A DNA stretch of 64,000 nucleotides. Source: Eukaryota sp. GEM-RC1 (taxonomy: Eukaryota). The stretch covers positions 1,984,001-2,048,000 of the forward strand of contig JAUFOQ010000010.1 of assembly GCA_040285855.1 (NCBI GenBank), in the 5' to 3' direction. The position numbers were made by a program, and so were the translations under genes. The notes beneath the pieces are model-generated. The model did not search any database, had not been told where the DNA came from, and worked only from the letters and a program-made list of their open reading frames with translations. This document shows, one piece after another, positions 1 to 14,837 of this stretch; positions within the stretch are counted from its first letter, which is position 1; each line of letters begins with the position of its first letter.

Positions 1-1700
1 TACTAAGATTAATCCTTTTTAAATTAGAATTGGACGGAATGGCATTGAGAATTTCAAGAGCATATTTATCAGTCAGTTTACAGTGACTGAAATCAACAGA
101 AGTCAATGAAATATTGTTTCTGATTAAATTACTCAGAACAGTGGTTGATTCTTCAGAAAAATACAGTTCTTAAGAGTAAGTTCTTTGATATTAAATCTAT
201 TAACAAATGACTGTAGAGAAGAAACTTCCACGGTAGTAATCCGAGATGAATACTCTGGAGAAAAACAGAACACTTTCGTATTAACATCAATAAAGTAGGG
301 GTCAAAATCAACTGAAAAAGGAAGTTGCTTTGTACACACTGTTTCACAATCACTTACAAAAGAGCTCAAACTCTTGGAACTATCTGGCAGAATAACTTTC
401 TGGATTATTGAATTGTTGTTGAGAGCACCGGCAAATAATTCAAATTGTGTAGAATCCAGCAGGGAACCGTCAATATTTAAAAAAAAGCAAAGACTTGTTG
501 ATTTGTAACATTTTACATAGAGCTTCGACTTCTTCACTTTTGAAGGAATCTTCTTCAAAACTAGCATTAACAATCAGTTCCTTCAAAGAAGAGTTCGACT
601 CAAGAGAATTAAAAATTGGTGAAAAAGACATGTCGGTGGATGTCATTGTCATTGTCAGTCGTTTTAAAACTGTGTTATGTTTTAAAACATTAGAAAGTTC
701 AGTAGCATCAAAAAATTCCGCTTAGCTTCAACTTTTGCAAGGCTGAATTCTGCTGAAGGGGTTTCATAACAGAAAATTCATCTTCTTTAAACGGAAGAAT
801 TAGTTTTCTAATACTGGAACTGCTGAAAAGAGGAGCGAAAATATCAAAAGTAATAAAGGTGCATGATAAATTAACTTCTTGCATAGACTTACAATTAGCA
901 AGAGAAACAATCATTGAGATAAAACACTGATTGTCTAGCTTTGGAACTTCTGAAGAGTCAACAAGCAACTTTCTCAAACGACACTTACAGGAAGACAAAA
1001 TCTTAGTTAAAAGTTCAACTTCTGTGGTAGTGAATATAGCAACATCAAATGATTCAATGGTGTCACTTTCAAGGATAAACTTGACAGTGACGTCATTAAA
1101 GGTAAGATTGGGACCACTCAGGGACATCCAACCAAGGGAAAGTTGTCTGAGATTGGGTAAGAACAGTGGACTTTGTGGATCGAAGAAGTCATTGGAATGA
1201 GGAAACTCACTGGTTAGGCTAATGTTGTGAATGATTGAAGTAAAAGGAACAAGATCTGGAGAATGGAATTGTTCCCACACTTCTAAGCCAATAGAACGTA
1301 ACTCCGAATTGAAGAAAGAAGCAACATTGTCAAGTTTGGAAAAGTTGTCGGAACGCCTTACTTTGAACAAATGAGTTCCAAGAAACACTTGAATGGCAGT
1401 ACAAGCTGTTTGAAAGAATAGGTTACTCACGTATCCAATGTTATGGATGAATTCTGACATTCGATCGACACGGTCAAAAGACTGCTGAAAGGAGTACGAG
1501 ACACTTTTCTCGAATTCAGAAGCACACAGACGTCTTAGAACGTGGAGATTGATGGAAACTATTACGGACTCTTGTAAGACTATGACATTGGGGGAAGGAT
1601 CTACCGGACTATCAGCTTCTGGTCTTTGATCATTCAAAAGAGTTGTAGTGGGGTCTTCGGAGGAGTGATAATTCTTGCATGGGGATCCATTGGGAGACAT
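1..1700 (-). CDS. Leucine-rich repeat (RNI-like) protein, split over several frames and running off the window start
   Basis: ORFs 708-1700, 470-652 and 133-573 are consecutive on the same strand and carry LxxLxL repeats (LRQLSL, LRKLLV, IRKLIL, LQKLKL, LKELIV, IKELTLKNC). Confidence 0.65.
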
Positions 1701-1940
1701 GGAGGGAAAAATTTTAAATTTTGAGAAATTTGATTATAAGTTTTGGTTGAGCTGTCTTGACATTATTTAAAACAATTCCTGTTGTGTTTTCGAAAGCTCT
1801 ACTAGTTCTCAGTGTTTTCTAGAAAGAAAAAGCTGCTGTTAACTTCAATGACAATGAGTGTTGCTGATGTGACAGTCAGTTCCATTATCGCAAATTTTTG
1901 CAGTCATAAAATTGATCACCTTTCAATTCTTTTACTGCTA

Positions 1941-2414
1941 CACTCTTCACAACAATTAGTCTGAATTCATAATTAATCTGAATCAGACTAATTATTGTTT
2001 GACCACTTTAAGAGTGGCCAAACAATTTCAATAAAATGGTATTAAACAGTCTCTTTAAAGATTTCATTTTTTTTCTAGACACTGTCTGAATATTCGTAGA
2101 CAAACCTTGTCCCACACTGTTCACACTTGCTTGAAGGACAATGCGGTCACTAATCGATTTTTAAGAGACAATCTGATAGCAGACCAGTCCTGTTTCCGAA
2201 TTTCTTCGGTCTAAAACAACATGTGACGGTACAAACAACGATCGCGGTGTTCAATGCAACATTGATGAAGAAATAACAACAATTTATGGTCTAGGAATTC
2301 CTTTTGTTTGAGATACTTGTTCAGACTAAATGTGAATATTCATAATTACTCTGATTCAGACTAACTTTCCCAGTGATTAATTAGTCTGATTCCGACTAAT
2401 TGTTGTGAAGAATG
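1941..2414. mobile_element. Tc1/mariner-type MITE
   Basis: 26-bp TIRs CACTCTTCACAACAATTAGTCTGAAT / CATTCTTCACAACAATTAGTCGGAAT (2 mismatches), TA on both sides (1939-40, 2415-16), and internal repeats of GAATCAGACTAA. Confidence 0.75.
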
Positions 2415-3132
2415 TAGTAATTCTCTTATGTAAAGTGTCTCATTTCCTCCCTGATAAAACGACTGAAACTCGAAATAAAAAGGGTTGGAATCACATCAAT
2501 CTTCTTAAAATTGTACTATTCCAGGTTTATGTATAGAAATTGGTGCTATGTCACTGCAACGCTCAACGAAGAATGACAGACTCTTCAAAAACTTCATGAA
2601 GATCATGGAAGAACTCTACTGATTGTACATTTTTGGATTGATGGTGGACGTAATTCCATGTTCAACAAAAAGTTGTTGACTCACTGATAGTAATTGCTGC
2701 AAGTAAATGTGCTGGGTCTTTTTCTTGGGTGTTAACGTACAATTCGCACAAACAAAAGGCCAGTTTTAATATTTTTTTGTTTAGATTTTGAGACTAATCA
2801 CTGACGGTGTGGCGTCTTAACCTTACAAAGAATCAGAGTTACTTGATCGAATTCTCATAAAGACACATGTCACTCAGGGCTTTACGAGGTAATATCGTTC
2901 GCCAACAACTCTGGTTGTACTACCAGGAGAATTTGCTGTGTAGACCTTAAAATAATGTAAGTTGATGAAGAAGTAAACAGTCTGAATGGAATTCTTCAAA
3001 AAACAGACTATTAAAATTGACAGACTCAGAATTTTAAGTTTGGTTGAGCCTAGGTCAAAAACAAATATAACACACTTTTACAATAAATTAAAAACTAAGT
3101 TTCTATCAATAAACTAAAAAGAAACGCCAATA

Positions 3133-4985
3133 CTACTCATAATCATGATTAACCAACAATTCCGACTCACATACAAATCCAATTGGTTTACTTGCTTCTT
3201 CTTTTTCCACTCTAAAACAGGCCCACATACATCTTCTAAATATCTCAACTGATTCCTGAATTAATATTAACTCATCAGGATAAATGTAAATGTACGTGGA
3301 AAAAGAAAACAAAATCCAAATAAACCGAAGTGCCAGATTCATAACCACTGCTAAATAGTAAAACCACCTAGGATAGCAAAGTCTTTTACGGAGCCATTGG
3401 TTAGCAAAATCCTCAAGATTATCTAAAAATCCCCAATCTACACACAAGTCAAACATTGAAGTATAGATAGAAGCAGTGACTTGAGTAGCCAAGAACCAGT
3501 ACCATAAGGTAGAGTTTAAGTGACCATGTCTAGAGGACAATATTGATAGAACATTGGCAGCCATTGAAATTGAATATTTGACAGCATTTGTAAGATTTGG
3601 ATGGTAAGCACGGACTGATGTCGGTCTGATTTGGATTAGTTTCCTAATACAGTGAAAGAACCGGACCCAATAAGGAAAGAGTAATAAAACAGGTGATAAC
3701 ACTTTTGAAACGTCATCACAGGTGTGATTTGCAATCAGCACGTCAAATGAGTCCATAGTAACACGTGTTGAGTAGTTAAAAACTGCTGAAATGACGATAC
3801 AGAAAGAAAACTGAAGATCTACGAAAACTTTAACTAATGATGTCATGACATCAGCAAAGAAGAACTCTTTAAAACCAATTCTACCAAAAGGGGCAATCAA
3901 ACAATTGAAAAACGTGGAAAAGAGCTCATTTCTAGCTGCAGTGTAGAATCCAAATGGAGAGAAGAAAATTAAAAAATATGTTACAAATACAATTATTGCA
4001 AATACACTTGGGTCGACTGGAATCGCTTTTCGTAGACTTAATATAAATCCATAAAAACATAACAACCATACAGTTGATAGAATTGCAGCTAGTTTGAAGG
4101 ACTTTAAGAAATTCATTGAAGTTTTCTTAGAAGATTCAATAATTTGGCGGAATTTAACTCTATATTGTTTAAAAACCCAGTGCATACCTCCCCAAAACCA
4201 AAATAGAATACAAAATATAAAACAACTTCTAAAAAGAGGGAAAATAGTAGTAAAGTAAGGGTATAATCTAATTAAAAGAAATAATTCATTTAAAAAGAAT
4301 AAAGAAAACGGTGATCCTAAGAGGGTCAGAAATAAGCCAAGGTAAAAGATATTACGAAGACTCGAAAAGAAGTTTCTTGGGGCTCTAAATAACTGTTGAG
4401 CTATTTTCGTCTTGATTGCTTCTATTTTGAGCTCCAAATCATCAAAGTGACCGAAAGAAAACCCAGATGACAACTTGAAGTCAAAAGCTTCGAGAAGAGT
4501 CACGGAAAGTCCTGACACCACGTCAGCAGAGAGAGAATATATGAGAGAATTGAGTTGAGAGTCGAAGTTCTGGGCGATCGCGGATTGCTTCAGAAGTTGC
4601 TTTTTGACATGTATTACGTCACCTTTGAGGGCTGAGCAAGCATTGTGGAGCAGTTTGATCTGATTCGTCGTGTACTTGGCGCTTGAGATGATGTTGTTGA
4701 GAGAAGCGTAGTAGGATAGGAGAGCATAATACTGCTGCTGAATGTGTTTGTCAAATCCGTCCATTTGGGCTTGGAAATTGGTCAAAGCACGGGTAACATT
4801 GCTGACATTTGGGGTATGAGAAGCGCGACGGAAGGTGCGTTTAAGAGAACGAACATTGAAGTGATAACGTGTGTTAACAACGTCAGGTCTGATGACCATT
4901 GGTCAGACACGAGAGTCCTGTAGAGAGAGAAAAGCACGAAAAGTCTCTTGGATTCTTGAAGAAAATCGATTAGTAGATCTTCCAT
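3133..4985 (-). CDS. EXS-domain membrane protein (XPR1/SYG1/PHO1-like phosphate exporter family)
   Basis: EXS motifs FFFADVMTSL, PYWVRFFHC, NAVKY, DLCVDWGF, NLALRFIW and EIFRRCMWACFRVE; multiple TM segments. Probable start MEDLL at 4985 with a frameshift near 4900. Confidence 0.85.
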
Positions 4986-5038
4986 TGAATCAACTTCACT
5001 TTTGTTTGTTGAAGAATACCTCAAATATCCAATCTTAA

Positions 5039-5640
5039 ATGTTCTATTTGTGAAGAACCAATGGAGAACGCTTTTATGTGGTCACATCTTTTACCGTAAT
5101 AAGTGTCTTATTGTTTGGTTAAAACAGAAAGACGCGGCTTCTTTCCCCGTTTGACGGAAACCAATATATTCATCTCCTCTTCGTGTCAACATCGCTTTAC
5201 GCGAAGCCATTGAAATCGTAAAAACCCACAACCAGATTCGATCTTGTGTTTTGAATGTGAAGAAGCTCCGGCCACTCTTTTCTGTACCGATTGCGATGCT
5301 CATCACTGTGATCCTTGCTCCTCCTCCATTCATCGCTCTAAAACTCTAAGACGCCATACTGTTGTTAGCCTAGGTGAAGAACCTGATCTCATTACTTTTA
5401 AGTGTCCCCGTCATCCCACTAAACCTCTAGAACACTTCTGTACTAAGTGTATGGTCTCTATTTGTGATTCATGTGGACTTTTAATGGGACATGCTGAGCA
5501 TTGGCAATCTTTGATTCCTCTTTCACAAGCCAAAGAGGACTTTGAACTCCAAGTCAAAGAGCTCCACCTCTCTTTGTCCAACGCAGTGCATTTTTAAGAC
5601 ATTTCCAGTCAACTTGATCACGTCACCAATTTGATCAAAT
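5039..5640 (+). pseudogene. Degenerate RING + two B-box (TRIM-like) gene
   Basis: Upstream of ORF 5244-5597 (B-boxes CFECEE..CTDCDAHHC..C..H and CPRH..HFC..C..C..H) the + strand encodes CSIC...CGHIFY..KC..W...SFPV*RK. This is a RING with lost cysteines, a stop and frameshifts. Confidence 0.6.
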
Positions 5641-6799
5641 GAAGTTGATATTGAAAGGCTTATCAACATTGTTTTGAGGCGAATTTTATGGGTTAGAGCA
5701 GAGGTGATGTGTTTGGGCTCAATCAGGGTTTTCCTTTCAACAAGTAATTAACAAGTTCACTACAGTTACTCCTCCCATCTTCTGTTAACAAAATTTTAGA
5801 GACAAAAATTTTCGACTCTGGAATCTGTTGAAATGATCAAATATTTAAATGCAGTGACATAATTATCGAGATGAATTTTCACAACACAATTTGTTTGTGT
5901 AATTTTCTTTGCGGACAGATTCTAGTTGGCGTCTTTGAACATAAATTTCTCACATCTTTCAGAAAACAGACTCAACAGTGATGTTATGGGAAGATTTTTA
6001 CTGAAAGTTGTAGGAGAAGTAGATTGTTGTTGTTCCTTTTTAAAGCATTGTTCAGCCATTTTGATTCGATTTTAAACCGTGTCTTTGAATTTAGACATGA
6101 CTATAAAATGATGTCGAAGTATACATTTCACTTTGGTTAATATTGAAACGACATCAGAACGAAACGGTTGTAATTTAGTTTCTTTGAATACATGCTGGCA
6201 GGAAAAAATGCAATCGACATTTTGAGGCATAACACATATGAGGACCTACTTAGTCTCACTAAGACTAATTTCTGCTGGTGGGGTAGTTACAAGATTAACT
6301 AAACTCCGTTGAATTTGGTTTAAAAGGTAACCATGACATTACTAGACTGTTTTTTTGTTAATCTGAAGAAATTCAAATATTTGGTGATCAATATTGAACT
6401 ATCGATAGTTGATTGTCGAAGCAGTACTAGTCTGAATAAAAGATCAAAAATCTCCATGTATTTAGTGTCGAAAAAACAATTGATGATGTGAATCTAGATA
6501 GAATTGAGATGAGTTTTTGTAAAAACTAAACAATATCATATTTGATGGACTTAAATTCATCCGGTATAATTCCTGGAATTTTTGATATAGAGAACTAAAA
6601 CAAATGAAATATGAGATAAATGTAAACATGAAAGAATGTACAATTGGAGGAGAAGATAAACACCCTCAAAGTAATTCAAAAAAATGTAAAAACAATACTT
6701 AATCCTATCAAACTCCATTTAGATTAGTCAATCAACATGTGCGTAAAAACTGTTCAAAAATTTCAGGATTCTTCCAATTCTTTTCAATCTTTTGTTCAA

Positions 6800-9735
6800 T
6801 CAAAATGATATAAACTCTCTCACCATCTCTAATCGCAATCTAAAAGACTCCCTATGATTATAACACTTTCCTAATCCATATTTGATTATGGAAATAATAC
6901 AATGAAATAGAGGTGAGAGACAACACCACTCACTGTCAAATAACCAGCCGTTAAAGGTGTTCATCATGAAAGGAACGATTGAGGGAATAACCAAAGATGA
7001 AAGTGATAAAAAGAGATCATCAGACAAATTTAAATTTGGTAAATGTCGGAATTTTTCCCGATCGACATTTGTAAGTTTAAATAATCCATGACTAATAGAA
7101 GAAACTTTCTTGCGGTTTTCTACTACTTTTAGGGCTGATTTTCTGAAGTTCTTTAATATATTTAAAATTTCTTGGATATAGAATTCTTCAGAAACTACTT
7201 CAGATTCCTCCAAGGTTCCAGTTAAAAAACAATTCTGGTGATCCCTGACAAAATCTTGAAGAAAATTTAATTGTTCGTCGTTTTGAATGTCAAAAGGAAT
7301 ATAATAAGTGGAGTTTTTAAAATTTTGAGATACATGCCAGTCTTTGACAGCCGGTATCGTGATCAATTGATCTCTTTTTGGAGATAATTCATAAAACGAG
7401 CCAAATGGCAATTGTTGAAATTTCATTGAGAATTTTAAATATACATGCGGTTTGGGAACTATTATTGTTTTAACCTTGGATATCGACATACACTCACCAC
7501 AATCAAAATTGATTACTGATTGAAGTGGAACATCAAATGTTAAGTCGTGAAGATCAGAATTAACAAGACAATCACGTGCAATAAGAGCTTCGAGCAAGAG
7601 AAAGTCAAAAAGCGTACAAATTGTAAAAGTAATCATGTTTCCCTGAATTGATTCAATAATTGAGCTCTCTACAAACTTGAAATAATTCGAAATATTGGAA
7701 ATTTTAGATTTAGATGAAAAATTGAATTTTAGGCGAGTAATGATATCTTGATCTGATGAATAGAGAAACAATTTCAAATTATCTGAGTAATAAAGATGAT
7801 CCTCAGACTCAGTTTCAGAAATTGAAACATAATTTGAAAGCAATTCAAAATTTTGAAATTTTGAAAAACAAGACTCTGCATTAGATGAAAATTTGACTAA
7901 TAAATCACACACATCAAATGTAGAATGCGAATCAGTAATCACCAAGAAATAAGAAGAAATATTTAAATATTTGAGATCTTCAAACTCCTGTGTTGGATGA
8001 AAACAAGGCCAGTATCCGTAGCTCAAAATTAAAGGAAAATAATCTGAACTTTTAAAATTTAATTTGGATTGCTTGACATTTTGAGTCAATTTGCAGATTC
8101 TGCGACTGACTTCACTTTGAATAGAAAAGGAATTAGCACATTGAATATTAAACTGTGAGCATATAGCCATGAAAGCATCGGAACATTTGAAATACTTGGG
8201 AGAATCACTTGACAATATTTTAAATATTTGGGAAGGTAGTTGAGTAAACCCAGTACAATGAAGTTTTAAAATAACATTTTGATTAGCAATGTACAGGTTA
8301 TCAACGAGACCAAAACATGAATCAATATCGAAAAACAATGATCTATTTCCATCACAAAATTTGAAATATTCATCAATTGATTGATTAATATCTGTCCAAA
8401 TATTGTTTAATAACGAAAACTTCAAAATTTTACAAGGTTTTGTTGATTCGAAATGGGAATAAAACGACATCATGCTGGACATGTTTACATTATGACCAAA
8501 AACTTCTAAAAAATTAGGGAATATCGCTAGTCGAGGTTGTTTAATTAATGGCAGAGACACTTGTAAAGTCAAATTTTCAATTTTGTTTAATTCTGACTCA
8601 TCATGAGCAACAAGTTCTGCCAGCATGACAGCAGTTAAATAAAGAATGAAAACGGAAAAATCAGTGGAACATTTTAAATAGTTAAATATTTTGATTAAAA
8701 CATATTGGGAAGTGTTAAACTGTCGAGTAAAACATAAGAAATACAGTTTTGCAATTACAGAACCTATATTATGAATCAAGTCCTCACCAAAGAACTCTTT
8801 ATACAAGGATTGAAAATATAAATTATTCAAAATTTCAAGATTATGTGACGAATTAGAAAAAATTGAGTTAACAAAAGTTGCTAAATTAGTCAGACCTGAA
8901 TGCAGACCGGATTCTGTTGATTGATTGTTAGTCGGTTTCATCACGTTATCAATCCAATCAATAACGTGATCACTATCCAAAGTATGGTGATTACAGCAAA
9001 AGGACGAATTGCCTTAGAAAAAGGATTAAATCTGGCAAAATTTGAAGTCTCTAATGAATACTTGTCTGCAAATGGACATTTCACACCTAAATCCCGTTCC
9101 AAGACCAACACATTATTTGAATTTTGAATATATATCTCTGAATTTTTCGCTATCCAATAGGCATCCAATGCAGCATAGTTAATCTGGTCTTCAGACAAAG
9201 ACTCCAATGCCCAGTTTGAACACGAGATTTCCTTAGACTTTGGAAGTAAGCAAGTAAGACCATTGGCAGCGAAAACAGAACGAGGATGAGAAGGAGGTCC
9301 AAAAGTATCACGTGATAGGTCATTGGTGACGTGGTATTTTGATCCAATGTCAATGAAGTGGTTTTCAATGTCAAATGAAGGAGAAACGACAATGTTGAAA
9401 GCGGACGACAGTCTTTTCTTGTCTTGAGCAGAGCCTTTGAAGATCTTAATGATGTGAGAGAAGGAGAGAAGGGAAGAGAGAGAAGATGGAAGCGTTGGTT
9501 GTTTGTGGGTTTGGATAACGACCACCATTTGTGACGTTCCTAATTGGATAATATCAATAGGAGAGGACCGTGACCATTCACAGTCAATGGATATGAATGG
9601 AAGAGGTTGGTAACAAGTGGAGATGAGAAGGTCAAGGACGTGGTTGAGAGTCTCTACGTTTGTTAAAGAAACAAGATACACTGGGATAGGAGGTAGTTCC
9701 TTGACGAAGTTGATGGTTTTAGGAACAATGGACAT
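6800..9735 (-). CDS. WRN/EXD2-type DEDDy 3'-5' exonuclease domain protein with long uncharacterised C-terminal region (frameshift near 8960)
   Basis: ExoI SIDCEW, IIQLGT, and ExoIII SNW..LSEDQINYAALDAY. ORF 8941-9735 overlaps ORF 6800-8980 on the same strand. Confidence 0.75.
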
Positions 9736-10577
9736 ATTTATTGGATTGAAAAAACTACATGTACCAGTTTAGTTATAATTATACCAATCTAAAAGAACTG
9801 TGCGGAAGACAGAGGGGTTGAAGTAACTTAACATTTGTGTTGTTGAAGCAGCAGTGAGTATGAACACATTAAACGCTAGTAAATGAAGGTTCTATAGTTG
9901 ATAGTGAATTGGATGAACATGGAAAAAATTGAGACCTCAACAAGATCGGTATTGAAAGATGTAGAAGCATTGAAGTGATGGACAGTTAAGTAAGAATGTG
10001 TATGGGTTTTGTTCTCATTGGCGAGTTCTTTTGATCAAATCGAGGGATCATATATGTTAAAACTCGTCGAAATCGTAGACATCAACGATCAAAATCAATT
10101 AAGGATATCGTCCGAAGTCAAGGTTAGATCAGATGGACATTCGCACTTCAATTTGGCTCAAAATCAAACGTTTACAGTGAAAAGACGAGAAATGTCTTGA
10201 CTGACGTCCGATACTGTAGATAGGGCCTGTAAATAGTCGTGTTTTTACCGAGCATTAGTTAGCTGCAGATGATGTCAACAAGAGGGATTGTCTGAGAGTA
10301 ACATCAGCTGTACCAGTCTACATGAGCAGTTATTGCACAGAAGTAACTTCTATGGATGAATTATCAACACTGAATCAATACGATTCGTGTGACAAGTTTC
10401 ATATCGATAGTGAAAACAAGCTATATGAAGACCATCATCCTAACGAGTTTACTCTTGAAAGGGTGGTAAAAATAGAACAAAATTGAACAGATTCCTGTTT
10501 TCGAAGACCAAGTCATTAATGCTGTTCCATTGTTGTCTGTTTGAGCGATGTAAGGGGAGTTTGCAATTTCAATCTCA

Positions 10578-11139
10578 ATGTCTTTACCCCAACATAGTTC
10601 TATATCTCGCCATACTTATATTGAAGATAATAGAAAAAGATACGGGCTGTCTTCATGTATGAGTATATTATACTTATTTCTTACAGTCATACTCATTTTA
10701 GTTACTCTTAGCAAGCGAAGAGTGACCATTGCTTCCATGGCTAAAGAACTTGCCAATACCTATCAGTGTGAGACATTTTTCTGTACTATAAGTGAGTCTG
10801 GTAATGAAGTGGTACGTTCTTCAGATAAGTTCGCTCCTCTACTACAGTCCAGTGTCTTTCATGAATTATTACAGCGCGCACTGTATCCATCTTATACACC
10901 GTACTTTGTCAAGCGTAATTCCAACAACTTAGGAGTTCTCGACTCCTATCAGGCATTTTGTATCAATTGCTCTCACACACTGTAAATTACATGATGCTGA
11001 AGAATCAAGTATCGTCATCTCTGTATGAATGGAGTGTACGCTTACAACTACACTTCGTCTTGCTAATCAATCAACACCAGCAGCTTTTTTTACTGACTAT
11101 ACTACCCTTTTGAGGTCCACGGTTCTTTCCCTGGATTAG
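10578..11139 (+). CDS. SRF-type MADS-box transcription factor, copy 1 (intron-1 donor reads GG)
   Basis: YIEDNRKRY|VTLSKRRVTIASMAKELANTYQCETFFCTISESG aligns to the MADS domain after removing a 57-nt intron. Confidence 0.6.
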
Positions 11140-11994
11140 TTTCTTTCTAACTGATATTGCTTAGAAGACATGACATTCTTTTCACTGGTTTGAACAATCG
11201 TCATCCGTTTCAGCGATGTTATTTTCCCCTGACATTGTAAGAGAATCATACATCCCCATAGTTGTGCTAAAACTCATGTGAGTGAACATACAGATCGTTT
11301 TCTACATTACTATGGAAAGTGACTTATGGACAATAGATACCGGCTGTCAAGTTCAGATTTTTGGAGATGCCCGATAAATCGTGTTCCGGTATACAGTAGT
11401 ATTAAATTGTGTTTTGTGTTTCAATGATAATAATAACCATATCATTTATAACAAGTATTGTGTGTATGGTCGTCTTGCAACGTACCAATATCTTTCAATT
11501 TTTCGAGAACATACAGTAATAGTTGTAAATTTTGAAAGAAACTGTCAACAAGTCACTGTGATGGCGCCCCAGCCCTTTGTGAATTCAGTTATAGCAACGA
11601 ACGATCACAATTAACAAAAGTGTAGCATCGTATGTCAATCAATAATCTTTCAGACATACGACCATCGATTTGGCTCAAAAGCAAACGGTTTGCATGACGA
11701 GAAATGTCTTGAGTGACAACGTTCACTGTAGATAGGGCCTACAAATAGACATGGTTCACTTAACAGCTGATTATATCTTCCACAAGAATTGCATATCAGA
11801 TTTGTATGTCCTATTTGATTTCGGTACTGAAACCCAAATACATGAAGAGGTCCAATGTCTGACCAAGTTTGCCTTTAAAACGGATGAACAAATACAAAAT
11901 TGAACATAGTGCTGTTTTCGAAGACAGAGTCATTAATGTTGTTCCATTGTTGTCTGTCTTAGCGATGTAAAGGGAGTGTGTAATTTCAATCCCA

Positions 11995-12560
11995 ATGTCT
12001 TCACCCCAACAACATAGTTCTATTTCTCGCCATACTTATATTGAAGATAATAGAAAAAGATACGGTTTGTCTTCATTTACGAGTATCTAATATCTATTTC
12101 TTACAGTCATACTCATTTTAGTTACTCTTAGCAAGCGAAGAGTGACCATTGCTTCCATGGCTAAAGAACTTGCCAATACCTATCAGTGTGAGACTTTTTT
12201 TTGTACTATAAGTGAGTCTGGCAATGTAGTGGTACATTCTTCAGATAAGTTCGCTCCTCTACTACAGTCCAGTGTCTTTCATGAATTATTACAGCGCGCA
12301 CTTTATCCATCTTATCCACCGTAATTTGTCAAGCGTAATTCCAACAACTTAGGAGTTCTCGACTCCTATCAGGCATTTTGTATCAATTGCTCTCACACAC
12401 TGTAAATTACATAATGCTGAAGAATCAAGTATCGTCATCTCTGTATGAATGGAGTGTACGCTTACAACTACACTTCGTCTTGCTAATCAATCAACACCAG
12501 CAGCTTTTTTTTACTGACTATACTACCCTTTTGAGGTCCACGGTCCTTTCCCTGGATTAG
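11995..12560 (+). CDS. SRF-type MADS-box transcription factor, copy 2
   Basis: Same spliced model. The in-frame TAA lies inside the 57-nt intron. Confidence 0.7.
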
Positions 12561-13416
12561 TTTCTTTCTAACTGATATTGCTTAGAAGACATGACATTCT
12601 TTTCACTGGTTTGAACAATCGTCATCCGTTTCAGCGAAGTTATTTTCCCCTGACATTGTAAGAGAATCATACATCCCCATAGTTGTGCTAAAACTCATGT
12701 GAGTGAACATACAGATCGTTTTCTACATTACTATGGAAAGTGACTTACGGACAATAGATACCGGCTGTCAAGTTCAGATTTTTGGAGATGCCCGATAAAT
12801 CGTGTTCCGGTATAGAGTAGTATTAAATTGTGTTTTGTGTTTCAATGATAATAATAACCATATCATTTATAACAAGTATTGTGTTTATGGTCGTCTTGCA
12901 ACGTACCAATATCTTTCAATTTTCCGAGAACATACAGTAATAGTTGTAAATTTTGAATGAAACTGTCAACAAGTCACTGTGATGGCGCCCCAGCCCTTTG
13001 TGAATTCAGTTATAGCAACGAACGATCACAATTAACAAAAGTGTAGCATCGTATGTCAATCAATAATCTTTCAGACATACGACCATCGATTTGGCTCAAA
13101 AGCAAACGGTTTGCAAGACGAGAAATGTCTTGAGTGACAACGTTCACTGTAGATGGGGCCTACAAATAGACATGGTTTACTTAACAGCTGATTATGTCTT
13201 CCACAAGAATTGCATATCAGATTTGTATGTCCTATTTGATTTCGGTACTGAAACCCAAAATACATGAAGAGGTCCAATGTCTGACCAAGTTTGCCTTTAA
13301 AACGGATGAACAAATACAAAATTGAACATAGTGCTGTTTTCGAAGACAGAGTCATTAATGTTGTTCCATTGTTGTCTGTCTTAGCGATGTAAAGGGAGTG
13401 TGTAATTTCAATCCCA

Positions 13417-13982
13417 ATGTCTTCACCCCAACAACATAGTTCTATTTCTCGCCATACTTATATTGAAGATAATAGAAAAAGATACGGTTTGTCTTCATTT
13501 ACGAGTATCTAATATCTATTTCTTACAGTCATACTCATTTTAGTTACTCTTAGCAAGCGAAGAGTGACCATTGCTTCCATGGCTAAAGAACTTGCCAATA
13601 CCTATCAGTGTGAGACTTTTTTTTGTACTATAAGTGAGTCTGGCAATGTAGTGGTACATTCTTCAGATAAGTTCGCTCCTCTACTACAGTCCAGTGTCTT
13701 TCATGAATTATTACAGCGCGCACTTTATCCATCTTATCCACCGTAATTTGTCAAGCGTAATTCCAACAACTTAGGAGTTCTCGACTCCTATCAGGCATTT
13801 TGTATCAATTGCTCTCACACACTGTAAATTACATAATGCTGAAGAATCAAGTATCGTCATCTCTGTATGAATGGAGTGTACGCTTACAACTACACTTCGT
13901 CTTGCTAATCAATCAACACCAGCAGCTTTTTTTTACTGACTATACTACCCTTTTGAGGTCCACGGTCCTTTCCCTGGATTAG
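13417..13982 (+). CDS. SRF-type MADS-box transcription factor, copy 3
   Basis: Same spliced model. Confidence 0.7.
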
Positions 13983-14837
13983 TTTCTTTCTAACTGATAT
14001 TGCTTAGAAGACATGACATTCTTTTCACTGGTTTGAACAATCGTCATCCGTTTCAGCGATGCTATTTTCCCCTGACATTGTAAGAGAATCATACATCCCC
14101 ATAGTTGTGCTAAAACTCATGTGAGTGAACATACAGATCGTTTTCTACATTACTATGGAAAGTGACTTACGGACAATAGATACCGGCTGTCAAGTTCAGA
14201 TTTTTGGAGATGCCCGATAAATCGTGTTCCGGTATAGAGTAGTATTAAATTGTGTTTTGTGTTTCAATGATAATAATAACCACATCATTTATAACAAGTA
14301 TTGTGTTTATGGTCGTCTTGCAACGTACCAATATCTTTCAATTTTCCGAGAACATACAGTAATAGTTGTAAATTTTGAATGAAACTGTCAACAAGTCACT
14401 GTGATGGCGCCCCAGCCCTTTGTGAATTCAGTTATAGCAACAAACGATCACAATTAACAAAGTGTAGCATCGTATGTCAATCAATAATCTTTCAGACATA
14501 CGACCATCGATTTGGCTCAAAAGCAAACGGTTTGCAAGACGAGAAATGTCTTGAGTGACAATGTTCACTGTAGATGGGGCCTACAAATAGACATGGTTTA
14601 CTTAACAGCTGATTATGTCTTCCACAAGAATTGCATATCAGATTTGTATGTCCTATTTGATTTCGGTACTGAAACCCAAAATACCTGAAGAGGTCCAATG
14701 TCTGACCAAGTTTGCCTTTAAAACGGATGAACAAATCCAAAATTGAACATAGTGCTGTTTTCGAAGACAGAGTCATTAATGTTGTTCCATTGTTGTCTGT
14801 CTTAGCGATGTAAAGGGAGTGTGTAATTTCAATCCCA

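Noticed and set aside
5091..5333. Minus-strand 80-aa ORF as the start of the EXS gene
   Set aside because: It is the antisense shadow of the RING/B-box sequence on the plus strand.
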